Below, in pieces: positions 7,996 to 17,172 of a DNA stretch of 64,000 bases (positions are counted from its first letter, which is position 1; every line of letters starts with the position of its first letter). The DNA comes from Candidatus Electryonea clarkiae (GTDB taxonomy: Bacteria > Electryoneota > Electryoneia > Electryoneales > Electryoneaceae). Where the stretch lies: NCBI GenBank assembly GCA_030765455.1, contig JAVCCM010000111.1, forward strand, positions 5,410 to 69,409, read 5' to 3'. The translations under genes and the position numbers were made by a program. The notes under the pieces were generated by a model. That model did not search any database and was not told the origin of the DNA. It worked only from the letters and a program-made list of their open reading frames with translations.

Positions 7996-8067
7996 TGGTA
8001 CTCACTGTTTAACAATTTTTTATCTATAATGGTTCTTGATAATAATACTCGTTTAATGATTGATAAA

Positions 8068-8135
8068 TCATTCCCGGACATCAAGCTGTCCGGGGCACAC
8101 AAAAATCAAACGAACAATACTTTTGAGAACTACTA
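8068..8135. repeat. REP-like hairpin element, family 1 (near-identical to 34585-34650)
   Basis: TTCCCGGACATCAAGCTGTCCGGGGCACACAAAAATCAAACGAAC, followed by ..TTTTGAGA..TACTA. Stem CCCGGACA (8073-8080)/TGTCCGGG (8087-8094) with loop TCAAGC. It ends a few nt after the stop of the minus-strand gene at 8141. Confidence 0.75.
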
Positions 8136-8140
8136 TATTA

Positions 8141-8704
8141 TCATGTCCTGCGCAAAATGATATAAAATGAGTCATCATCTTCCTCTTCTTTGTATCGTTC
8201 CAATGCCACTACTTCGAATCCGGAGCCGATTATATTAAGCAGTTCATCTTCGGTATAGTAAACGAAACGCAGTCCCTGGAATTCTTCTTCCTTGTCACCG
8301 TACCAGAAGGAATGCATTAACAATCCACCATCAGTTAGCAGTTCTCTCTGGCGTGAAAATGAACGAGGAATATCCGGTTTCGGCAAATGGTGTAAAACCT
8401 TGTTGGAAAAAATGCAGTCAAATGTTCTTTCAGTTTCGAGACTTACAGCGTCCAGCATCAACAAATCTGCCGAGGGATGTTTTTCATGGTAGAGGTCGAG
8501 AAACACGTTTGAAGAATCTGATCCGGTCACGGTGTAGGTTTGAGCCAGCAGGTCAAGATCCTTGCCCGGCCCTATACCAAGTTCGAGAACTGTTGATCCA
8601 GCAGGAAGATGTTTCTTCAAGATTGCGATCAGTTCATCTGCTTCGTAATCCTCTACCATTTTTATGTAATCATCAACGTTTTTCCGTTCGTCAAAATATC
8701 CCAT
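8141..8704 (-). CDS. class I SAM-dependent methyltransferase
   Basis: Motif I VLELGIGPGKDL plus the downstream D..FSNKVLHH pattern. 187 aa. Confidence 0.8.
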   Translation of the reverse strand: MGYFDERKNVDDYIKMVEDYEADELIAILKKHLPAGSTVLELGIGPGKDLDLLAQTYTVTGSDSSNVFLDLYHEKHPSADLLMLDAVSLETERTFDCIFSNKVLHHLPKPDIPRSFSRQRELLTDGGLLMHSFWYGDKEEEFQGLRFVYYTEDELLNIIGSGFEVVALERYKEEEDDDSFYIILRRT

Positions 8705-8997
8705 TAGTTTACCTCTAAAATTCTGTATGTGCTTGAAGAGTAATATGTTAATCTTTGCATTTTATCCATTTTTATGGACAGCTCCTAAGTATAGTGTAGA
8801 ATAAATGCGAAAAAAAGCTATTATCCTTTTTTTGAAAAACAAGGCTAATTTCTTATCTATCAGTTGTGAATACTGGAATACGTGAAATTCTACCTGATGA
8901 AGAGGTGTAATTAATATCGTTTTTGGGGACTTTTTCGAGGCATATTAGCTATCTTATTATATATTTCTATTCCAGTTAGAATTGAGTTCCGGATTAA

Positions 8998-9054
8998 GTT
9001 TAGAGTTCAACCTTCAGGTTGCTTTTTTTGCACACTAAAGTGTGAACTCTAAAC
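8998..9054. repeat. 12-bp inverted repeat hairpin downstream of the RND pump gene
   Basis: GTTTAGAGTTCA (8998-9009) and TGAACTCTAAAC (9043-9054) flank 33 nt that contain a second small hairpin, CAACC-TGA-AGGTTG. Confidence 0.6.
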
Positions 9055-9099
9055 TTTCGCCTGCCCTGAACTATGATAGTTAGTTTCTTGCATAATTAT

Positions 9100-12000
9100 T
9101 CAGGCAATTTCACTCTTCTCTGAGAACAGTTCATACAACACCGGCACAACCACCAATGTCAAAACGGTAGAGGTTATCAATCCGCCAATTATTACCCAGC
9201 CCATTGGAGCCCACATGGTTCCGCCGGTCAATGTCAGGGGCAGGAGTCCGAGAACAGTTGTCATGGTCGTCAAAACAATCGGGATAAATCGTCCGGTTCC
9301 CGCTTTTACAATAGAATCCCGGGTGTTTATACCGGTTTGCCTGTGTTTGTTGGACATATCAACCAGGAGAATTGAATTGTTCACCACGATTCCCACCAGC
9401 GAAGTAAGTCCAACGAAAGCAGTGAATGAAAAGGAGTTACCTGTTACAAGCAATGCTACCACAGACCCGAAAAATGCCAGAGGCAATGCAGCATAGATGA
9501 TTAACGGTTGACGATAGGACCTGAACATCAGAACAAGTACACCATATATGCCCACAATCGCTATTATTGTAGCACGATACATCGAGCCGAAGCTATCCCC
9601 TCTCGCTTCGGAATCACCGCCAAAATCGTAACTGTAACCGTTGGGAAGATTGATTTTTTCGAGATAATTCCGAATGTCATTTTCTATTTCAACCGTCGGT
9701 CTTCCCGCGTTTGTTGCGGTAATGGAAGCCATACGGTTGCCGTCGCGCCTGAGCAGAGTTCCATGACCTGATTCGAGAACAATTTTTGCTACCTCGGCAA
9801 GTTGAACCTGTCTTCCGGAGGAGGTTGGCAGATAGATACGGGAAAAATCCTCGGTTTTTGCGTTTTCCCCGGCGGGAAGTCGTACCATTAATGGATATTC
9901 TTCACCTTCCGAATCACGGTAAGTTCCTGCTTCCCAGCCGGCGATTGCAGTTCTGACTGCAATATCCACCTGGTGCATCTGCATACCGAGTAGAGCGGCT
10001 TTGTCGCGGTCAATATCAATTTTGAGATCAATGGATCGTGATCCCAGGGCATTGTTTACATTAACCGCACCGGGAATTGTCTTTACGTATTGCTCGACAT
10101 CTTTGGCAATGGATTCAAGTTTTTGCAGTTCTTCGCCAAAGATACGAAGTTGGATAGGCGCCCCGCCTCCCGGACCCTGTTCAAGCTCTTCTATCATGAT
10201 TTTAGCGCCCGGGACGTTTGCGAATTTCACGCGCAGCCTGTTGGCTGTTTCCGCTATACTTTCACCATTTACATTTCGTTTGGTATGTATTAATAACTGG
10301 GCATAGTTGGAAAATTCCTGGCGCTGAACGATGTTGTAATATATTGATGGCTGTCCCCTACCCAGGTTTGATGAAACGAGGATAATATTATCATCCTCTA
10401 TTAATTGATGTTCAACCCGGCTGAGAATCTTATCTGTCGCATCGAGAGAAGCTCCCTTGGGAAGTTCAATACTGACCAATAACAATGGTTTTTCAGCTTT
10501 CGGAAAAAATGATACTCCAACCATTGGGAATAGAGCAATCGACACAAAAAAGGTTATTGTTGCAATTAGAAGGGTTATCCAGCGATGATGCAGGCACCAT
10601 TCGAGGATATTCTTATAAGGACCATTTACAAAGAGACGCAATTTCTTGGCAAATACTGGCTGTTGCTCAAAAGTGACTGGACGCATCATCTTTGAGGCAA
10701 ACATCGGGCTTACAGTCAATGCTACAAATAGTGATGCGGTGAGGATACACATGACAGAGATTGGCATGGAACGAATGAAATCCCCGGAGGTATCTTTCAT
10801 CATGGCAATTGGCAAAAAAGCCAGCAGTGTTGTGGCAGTAGAAGCCACTACCGCCCAACCTACCTGCGCTGTCCCTTCCCTCGCTGCCTTTATTCTGTTG
10901 TAACCGTTCAGCATGTAAGTATTGATATTTTCAGTTACCACAATACCATTATCAACAAGGAGACCAAGGGATATTATGAACGCTGCAATAGTCATTTGAT
11001 GAATAGCATATCCAGCAGTAGCTATCATTCCCACGGCAATAATAAATGAGAATGGTACCGCAAGCATCACAATTGATGCGGGGCGAAATCCCAGGGCAAT
11101 CAGGACGATCAAGCCCACGAGTACAATCCCCTGCCACAGGTTTCTGAAAAAGTTATGAAGGCGTAAAGATACTGCTTCCGACTGATCAAATACCCAGGTT
11201 GTATTAATATCATTTGGGAGTGCCGCAGAAAATTCATTGACAATTTCCCGGACGTCCCGCATTACTTTGGAAACATTATATCCGCGTTTTAGTTTGGCAG
11301 TAAGCAGGATACAGGGAGTTGCATTCACCCTCGTTAAATAACTTCTATCAGCTTGGGCGAACTCAATATCAGCTACTTCAGATAAATAAACCGGTGAAAT
11401 TGCTGAACCGGCAACAACAACTCTTCCGATCTGTTTTATGGATTCGAAATCTCCCGAAGTACGAATGTTGAATTTTCGATCTCCGATATCGATTGAACCC
11501 CCGGGAATACTCATTGCTGAAGATTCAATGGCACGGACTACTCTCTCAACGGGAATATTCAAAGCTGAAAGTTTCTCGGGATCTATGGAGATTCTTACTT
11601 CTTTCTCCCTTGTTCCAAAGGTGGAAAACTCGCGCAAGCCTTGAACGATTTGCAATTTCTTCTCAAGTTCTTCTGCCCAATCCTCCAATTCATGGAGATC
11701 ACGGGTTTCGCTGGAAATGGCAAGCTGCATCATTCTTACATGGAAAGTTGACCATGCCTGTACTTCGGCTCGGACGACTCCAGGCGGGAATTCATTTTCA
11801 GCATCTGTAACTTGTTCTTCAACCTTTGTAACCATCTCAGCCTGATCCGAACCGGCTTCAAACTCCATGCTCAGGACTGCTACTCCATCGCGACAGTGGC
11901 CATCAGTGTGTATCACTTCCTTGATATCCCTGATCCGGTCATCCAAACGGTCAAGGACAAGTGTTTCCATATCTTCCGGTGACGCGCCCGGTAGAATCAC

Positions 12001-12144
12001 CACAACATTGGCATTGGGCGGCTCCATATATGGGTCTTCGCTTCGAGGCATGGTCACGTATCCGGCAATACCATATAGAACCAATAAGAGGAGAATCACA
12101 ACTGTAAACTGATGGTTTTCAAGCGCCAGCCTGGTGAGTTTCAT
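9100..12144 (-). CDS. efflux RND transporter permease (AcrB/HAE family)
   Basis: 1014 aa with the typical 12-TM, two-large-loop organisation. The N-terminus MKLTRLALENHQFTVVILLLLVLYG..MPRSEDP is AcrB-like. ATGA overlap with the upstream adaptor gene. Confidence 0.95.
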   Translation of the reverse strand: MKLTRLALENHQFTVVILLLLVLYGIAGYVTMPRSEDPYMEPPNANVVVILPGASPEDMETLVLDRLDDRIRDIKEVIHTDGHCRDGVAVLSMEFEAGSDQAEMVTKVEEQVTDAENEFPPGVVRAEVQAWSTFHVRMMQLAISSETRDLHELEDWAEELEKKLQIVQGLREFSTFGTREKEVRISIDPEKLSALNIPVERVVRAIESSAMSIPGGSIDIGDRKFNIRTSGDFESIKQIGRVVVAGSAISPVYLSEVADIEFAQADRSYLTRVNATPCILLTAKLKRGYNVSKVMRDVREIVNEFSAALPNDINTTWVFDQSEAVSLRLHNFFRNLWQGIVLVGLIVLIALGFRPASIVMLAVPFSFIIAVGMIATAGYAIHQMTIAAFIISLGLLVDNGIVVTENINTYMLNGYNRIKAAREGTAQVGWAVVASTATTLLAFLPIAMMKDTSGDFIRSMPISVMCILTASLFVALTVSPMFASKMMRPVTFEQQPVFAKKLRLFVNGPYKNILEWCLHHRWITLLIATITFFVSIALFPMVGVSFFPKAEKPLLLVSIELPKGASLDATDKILSRVEHQLIEDDNIILVSSNLGRGQPSIYYNIVQRQEFSNYAQLLIHTKRNVNGESIAETANRLRVKFANVPGAKIMIEELEQGPGGGAPIQLRIFGEELQKLESIAKDVEQYVKTIPGAVNVNNALGSRSIDLKIDIDRDKAALLGMQMHQVDIAVRTAIAGWEAGTYRDSEGEEYPLMVRLPAGENAKTEDFSRIYLPTSSGRQVQLAEVAKIVLESGHGTLLRRDGNRMASITATNAGRPTVEIENDIRNYLEKINLPNGYSYDFGGDSEARGDSFGSMYRATIIAIVGIYGVLVLMFRSYRQPLIIYAALPLAFFGSVVALLVTGNSFSFTAFVGLTSLVGIVVNNSILLVDMSNKHRQTGINTRDSIVKAGTGRFIPIVLTTMTTVLGLLPLTLTGGTMWAPMGWVIIGGLITSTVLTLVVVPVLYELFSEKSEIA

Positions 12145-13235
12145 CGATGGTCTCCTTCTGATACCAGTACTTTTGAACCATCAGAGAGGTAGCCGGTTCC
12201 AATAATTACAACATCCGAACCATCAGGGATATCCGGCTCGATATATATAGAATCCCCGGCAAAATCGATGATACGCACTTCCCGAGACAGAGCTTCCGAT
12301 TCTTGAGTAATGAAAACAGCGCCTCGGTCATTATCACCCTTTGCAAGGCTTGAGGCTGGCAAAACAATAACTTTGCGAGGCGGTCCTTCGATCCAGGCAC
12401 GAGCAATCATTCCCTCGCGGATAGTTTTGTGGTGTGGTAAACCGATTTCAATTACGAAGTTTCCTGTGCCTGGTTCGGCGACTGCCGACATTTCTACAAC
12501 TTTTGCATCTATTTTATCTTCCAACACATCAAGTTCCACTTGTACCCTGCTTCCAATCTTGATACTGTTAATGAACCTTGAAGGCACTCCGACTTTCATT
12601 CGCAGTTGACCGTCCCGCCTGACAATCCGCAGTATTGGTGATCCTGCGCCAACGATCTCTCCTTCATTCACTGCGCGAAATGCAACAATCCCATCGAAAG
12701 GTGCGCGAATTACTGAATGATGCAGGTTAAACATCGCTCTTCGTTCAGCCGCCTTAATTCTTTCGAGTTCGGTCTCTATATCTTGTAGCTGTTGCAGAGT
12801 TGTCACCTGCTCGGAATGAAGCCTTTCTACTCTTTCAAAATCTCTTTCCAGCTTCTTCCGGAGTTCAAAAACAGCTTTTACTTCTGCAGCAATCTCTGTC
12901 GTATCCAACTCAGCAAGAATTTCATTCTTATTGAATCTTTCTCCTGTTTCGACCGGGATAGAGGAGACGATACCACCGGTTTTAAAGGAAAGCACGGCTT
13001 CCCTGGAATGTGATACAAATCCACTGACAAAAATGATTTCAGGCTTCATAACCGACTGAACCTGTTGCACTGTTACTGCTATAGCGCTACTCCCGGTATC
13101 GCCTGTTTCGGTCTGCGAAACATCCTTGCTGCAACCTGTTACAAATGACAATGTTGCTCCTGCCACAATCATTATAAGTAACAATATCGTTATCTTTTTG
13201 CCTGTAAACATCTTTGTCCTCAACTCTGAATACAT
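12141..13235 (-). CDS. efflux RND periplasmic adaptor (MFP) lipoprotein
   Basis: 364 aa with lipobox LSFVTGCSK, a coiled-coil hairpin region and beta-barrel motifs of the HlyD/AcrA family. Translationally coupled to the RND gene. Confidence 0.9.
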   Translation of the reverse strand: MYSELRTKMFTGKKITILLLIMIVAGATLSFVTGCSKDVSQTETGDTGSSAIAVTVQQVQSVMKPEIIFVSGFVSHSREAVLSFKTGGIVSSIPVETGERFNKNEILAELDTTEIAAEVKAVFELRKKLERDFERVERLHSEQVTTLQQLQDIETELERIKAAERRAMFNLHHSVIRAPFDGIVAFRAVNEGEIVGAGSPILRIVRRDGQLRMKVGVPSRFINSIKIGSRVQVELDVLEDKIDAKVVEMSAVAEPGTGNFVIEIGLPHHKTIREGMIARAWIEGPPRKVIVLPASSLAKGDNDRGAVFITQESEALSREVRIIDFAGDSIYIEPDIPDGSDVVIIGTGYLSDGSKVLVSEGDHR

Positions 13236-13283
13236 CTAAAAAACCGGTTTGTATGGAGGTTGGGCAACCTCGCCTCACTCGAT

Positions 13284-14660
13284 CTATTGACTACTATAAC
13301 TTGCGAATTCACCTGTACTTCTCTCTATATCTGCTAACGCTTTCAGGTATTGGTAACGGGAAGTAATTTCCATCACTGAAGCACCTGTAAGAATCGCCTC
13401 GGCATCCAAAATTTCCACCATCGTTGCCATTCCTTCAGTGTATAATTGTTTAGTTATTCGGTGACCTTCTTTTGCTGCTTCTAATGCCTCTTCAGCCGCA
13501 TCGTGCTTGGCAATTTTACCTTCCATTGACAACCATGCATTAGTAACATCAAGCTCAATGGAACGCGAAACCCAGCTTTGCCTGTTCTTAAGTCTTCGAA
13601 GTTCAATTTCGATCTGTTGACTGCGGGCATTTGAACGGAAACCTTCAAAAAGACTCCATGAAACAATTCCCGAAATCATGTAATAATCAGCCTTTTCGTC
13701 AAAGCTATAGTCCTCTCCCTGGAAGCCGTATTCGCCAGCTGCGACCAATGAGGGCAGATATTTAGCTCTAACTGCCTTCCTCATTTCATTCGTGGCTTCT
13801 ACATGTTCCCCAAGTTGATCCAACTCGAGACGATTTTTATTAGCCGACTCTATAGCTTGTTGCAGGGTCATTTCCGGGATTTTGATTTCTTCTTTCTGTA
13901 TAGGGATCCCCGGCATATCTTCAAAGGGATTTTCAAGCAGACGATTAAACGCAGACCGGGCAAGATTAACTCGAATTCCTGCTTCAATTACCTCTGCTTT
14001 ACTGTAGGCGACCTCAGCCTGAATACGTTTCAGCTCGCCTTCCGGAGCAGATTTTTCCATGAAAAGTGCATTTGTCACACGCAGTTGTTCCTGGGTTCTT
14101 TCAAGTTCTTTTTCCCGGACTTTCAGGATTTCCACCATGGTGAGATAATCGAAATAAGATCCATATACCTGGAATGCCAGGTTGCCCGCTCGCACTCCAT
14201 ATCCGGCTTTCACTGCCTTTTCACGGAATTTTGCAGCCATCCAGCCGTGGTAATAACCACCACCGACAAAAAGTGGTTGGACAAATCCTATTTTTGTTTC
14301 CTGTTCCTGCTCGCGCATGAAAGGTATAATAGTCGGCGGTACGTCAACCGGCAGGGCTGAAGAAGGCAGGAAGTCATTGACATCAAACTCTATCTCTCTT
14401 CCACCCCCGGCTCGTGTGAGTCGGCTGCTGAAATCAACAGTGGGCATCATTGCACCAAAAGATTCGTCAACTCCGGATTGAGCAAGTTCAACATCTGCAT
14501 AATGTCCAGCCAGCTCACTGTTTCTTTCAATAGCCATTAAAGCATATTGATCGGCGAGTTCCCATGCTGTCTGAGCAGTGGAATATGAAATGGGAACAAG
14601 GACAGTAAGGCTTGTTATGCCTAATAATATCAGTTGCTTCATTTCTTCTTCTCCATACAC
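13284..14660 (-). CDS. TolC-family outer membrane efflux protein
   Basis: 458 aa with a signal peptide and a duplicated OEP repeat pattern (..LDVTNAWL.., ..AEAILTGA..YQYLKALADIERSTG). Confidence 0.9.
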   Translation of the reverse strand: MYGEEEMKQLILLGITSLTVLVPISYSTAQTAWELADQYALMAIERNSELAGHYADVELAQSGVDESFGAMMPTVDFSSRLTRAGGGREIEFDVNDFLPSSALPVDVPPTIIPFMREQEQETKIGFVQPLFVGGGYYHGWMAAKFREKAVKAGYGVRAGNLAFQVYGSYFDYLTMVEILKVREKELERTQEQLRVTNALFMEKSAPEGELKRIQAEVAYSKAEVIEAGIRVNLARSAFNRLLENPFEDMPGIPIQKEEIKIPEMTLQQAIESANKNRLELDQLGEHVEATNEMRKAVRAKYLPSLVAAGEYGFQGEDYSFDEKADYYMISGIVSWSLFEGFRSNARSQQIEIELRRLKNRQSWVSRSIELDVTNAWLSMEGKIAKHDAAEEALEAAKEGHRITKQLYTEGMATMVEILDAEAILTGASVMEITSRYQYLKALADIERSTGEFASYSSQ

Positions 14661-15142
14661 AGAGCATCAATATTGAGGATACCGGCAGACCGGACAATAA
14701 ATTTCGTCAACAAAACTGCGAAGCTCGCCAATTCATCATCATCAAACTCGGACAAATAATCTATTACCTGCTTACTCAAGAAATCGTTTACCTCTTTCAC
14801 CAACTCAGTACCTTTTTCTGTAATTTCAATCAAGTATGCCCTTCTGTCCGTAGGAGACGGTACTCGCCTAACCAATCCCCTCTTTTCCAGCGAATCAACA
14901 GATTGTGTCAGGTTGGAGGGACTCCTGAACAGCCTGTCTTTTAAATCACTCATTTTGGGAGGATGCTCTGAACCTGTCAGCTCCATGAGAAGGGCGTACT
15001 TTGATGTTGTCAGGTCAAAACGGTTGAACACCATCATATCGCCCACTTTTCCACTAAATTCACCGGCAATGAATGCCAGCTGAGGCACGTTGAAAACCAA
15101 AGCTTGTCGGTCATTTATATCGAAATCAAAATGATTATGCAT
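14639..15142 (-). CDS. MarR-family transcriptional regulator
   Basis: Winged-helix block SNLTQSVDSLEKRGLVRRVPSPTDRRAYLIEITEKG. Its 3' end overlaps the tolC-like start by 22 nt, giving a four-gene operon. Confidence 0.9.
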   Translation of the reverse strand: MHNHFDFDINDRQALVFNVPQLAFIAGEFSGKVGDMMVFNRFDLTTSKYALLMELTGSEHPPKMSDLKDRLFRSPSNLTQSVDSLEKRGLVRRVPSPTDRRAYLIEITEKGTELVKEVNDFLSKQVIDYLSEFDDDELASFAVLLTKFIVRSAGILNIDALCMEKKK

Positions 15143-15180
15143 ATATTTCCTCTTGTTACTTAACTGTAATATACTTCACT

Positions 15181-15219
15181 ATATATTATGCTAATAAATA
15201 TTACACATATATAATATAT
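15181..15219. promoter_or_regulatory. candidate MarR operator (AT-rich inverted repeat) upstream of the efflux operon
   Basis: ATATATTAT (15181-15189) and ATAATATAT (15211-15219) are inverted, about 40-75 nt upstream of the marR-like start. The call is positional inference only. Confidence 0.25.
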
Positions 15220-15654
15220 TGTCCGGTAGTAAATGTCAAGAGTATGAAAGTGCGGTGTCTCCCAGGAGAGGATCAGAGCATTATCGTAGTTTGTAAAGCG
15301 TATAATATTAACAAGTATAGTGTGGTTACCACTTTAAGCGAGAGTACCAATATTTGTTGGTTTTATTCTCTTTTGTTCTTGAGGAGTATTGAAGATATGT
15401 TTTCAGTTATTCATCTGATTAGTATATTTGGCAAAAACTTGATGTATCATAATTATGAATAAATCAAAGCAATCAAGGTGGATATTAACGTATATTGCAA
15501 GTGAATGAGCCCCGGTTTGTCTAACATAGTACTCTTCGGCTTGACAATGATCAGAAGAAAGAAACTGAAGACGTAAAAAATGATAAACGTACAGGAACTC
15601 TTGACCGAGGGCTTATCTCGAATATGTATTACTTTTAAAAAGGAAACGTTTTAG

Positions 15655-16746
15655 ATGAATCAGCCGAAAAGGCTATTGGTTGTCGATGATGAAGAGAGCA
15701 TTCGTAACACCCTCCATGATCTTCTGGTAGCCATGGGTTATGAAGTGGAAACAGCCAGTGATGGTTTTGAAGCATTGGCGAAGCTACAGTTGGATATTGA
15801 CCTTGTGCTTACTGATGCCCAGATGCCCGGTATGGATGGTTTTGAATTGATAGAAAGAATTAGAGAGGGTAAATCCTTACAGGAATTACCTGTGATTATG
15901 GTTACCGGACGTACTTCGCGTGATGACCGCATTCACGCTGTTAGATCCGGTGCAAATGATTTTATCGCAAAACCTATCGATCTCACTGAAATGCGCGTCA
16001 GAACAGATTCACTTCTGGGGATGAAAGAAATTCACGACACCCTGAAACGTCACGAACGTGAACTTGAAGAAACTGTCAAACGCCGCACTGAAGCATTAAA
16101 AAAGGCACTTGATGACGTTGTTGTATCGCAGAGGAATTTACGTGAAGCACACCTCGAAACAATATTACGTCTCGTTCACGCAACAGAATACAAAGATGTA
16201 GGCACGGCTGAACATATCCGCCGAATGAGCTATTTTTGTGCATTGCTTGCTGAAAAAGCTGGATTGCCGCCAAAGGATATTGAAGTACTTCTCCATGCAA
16301 GCCCGATGCATGATATCGGCAAAATTGGGATCCCTGTCGAGATATTAAACAAACCAGGCAAATTGACCGATGAAGAATGGGAAATAATGAAAACCCATAC
16401 TACGATTGGCGCCAGGATCCTGCGTAACTCCAGTTCAGAAATGCTCTGCGCCGGGGAAGTTATCGCTTTGACGCATCATGAGAAATGGGATGGAACAGGT
16501 TATCCCCATGGTATTGCCGGTGAGGATATACATATTTATGGACGTATTTGCAGTATTGCTGACGCGTTTGATGCATTGACCAGCGAAAGATCATACAAAC
16601 CGGCTTTTTCCAATGAAGAGTCGTTAAATCTGCTTCAAGAAGGCAGGAAAACACATTTCGATCCTCACCTTGTAGAAATTTTCGCTGAAAATATGGATGA
16701 AGTGGAAAATATCCAGAAAAAATTCAAAGATGAAGGCAGAAATTAG
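15655..16746 (+). CDS. response regulator with HD-GYP c-di-GMP phosphodiesterase domain (RpfG-like)
   Basis: REC domain (LLVVDDEES...DLVLTDAQMPGMDG...KP), then HD-GYP (MHDIGKIG ... HHEKWDGTGYPHG). Confidence 0.9.
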   Translation: MNQPKRLLVVDDEESIRNTLHDLLVAMGYEVETASDGFEALAKLQLDIDLVLTDAQMPGMDGFELIERIREGKSLQELPVIMVTGRTSRDDRIHAVRSGANDFIAKPIDLTEMRVRTDSLLGMKEIHDTLKRHERELEETVKRRTEALKKALDDVVVSQRNLREAHLETILRLVHATEYKDVGTAEHIRRMSYFCALLAEKAGLPPKDIEVLLHASPMHDIGKIGIPVEILNKPGKLTDEEWEIMKTHTTIGARILRNSSSEMLCAGEVIALTHHEKWDGTGYPHGIAGEDIHIYGRICSIADAFDALTSERSYKPAFSNEESLNLLQEGRKTHFDPHLVEIFAENMDEVENIQKKFKDEGRN

Positions 16747-16824
16747 AAGAAAATCTGACAGGAATAATCAATTAGAAATTAGGAATATGATTCAGTGTAA
16801 TTGTTTAGTTAATAGGATCTTTTA

Positions 16825-17154
16825 ATGGTAATACAACTTGGCAGCAATGGTATGGGTCGGGGTGATGCTGAACTTGGCAAAAAACTGATGAAATCTTTTC
16901 TTAATGTGTTGCAGGAGGTTGACGAAATTCCCTCTGCTGTTGTTCTTTTCAACACCGGGGTTTTTCTTGCATGTGAAGGATCAGATGTTCTGGAACCGTT
17001 AAAAGACCTTGAGGAGGCTGGTGTTGCTCTCCTGTCATGTGGTACCTGTATCAACCATTTCAATCTTGAGGATAAACTGAAAGTCGGAAAAATATCTGAT
17101 ATGTTTGAAATTACCAACACCATGATTAATGCTGATAAAGTAGTGTCTATATAG
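16825..17154 (+). CDS. DsrE-like C-terminal module of the YedF-type selenium/sulfur metabolism protein, stand-alone
   Basis: LGSNGMGRGDAELGKKLMKSFL...VVLFNTGVFLA.EGS...LEEAGVALLSCGTCINHFNL.DKLKVGKISDM matches my recollection of the C-terminal half of TIGR03527-type proteins. No TusA-like N-terminal domain is encoded upstream. Confidence 0.55.
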   Translation: MVIQLGSNGMGRGDAELGKKLMKSFLNVLQEVDEIPSAVVLFNTGVFLACEGSDVLEPLKDLEEAGVALLSCGTCINHFNLEDKLKVGKISDMFEITNTMINADKVVSI

Positions 17155-17172
17155 AATCACTGCAAAAAGAGA

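Noticed and set aside
15244-15462. 72-aa ORF in the marR/response-regulator intergenic region
   Set aside because: It sits in an AT-rich divergent promoter region, with no RBS and a low-complexity hydrophobic product. No support.
16787-16824. Possible upstream extension or selenocysteine recoding giving a full-length two-domain YedF
   Set aside because: The only upstream ATG (16787) is in a different frame and stops after 12 codons. The 78-nt gap cannot encode a TusA-like domain.
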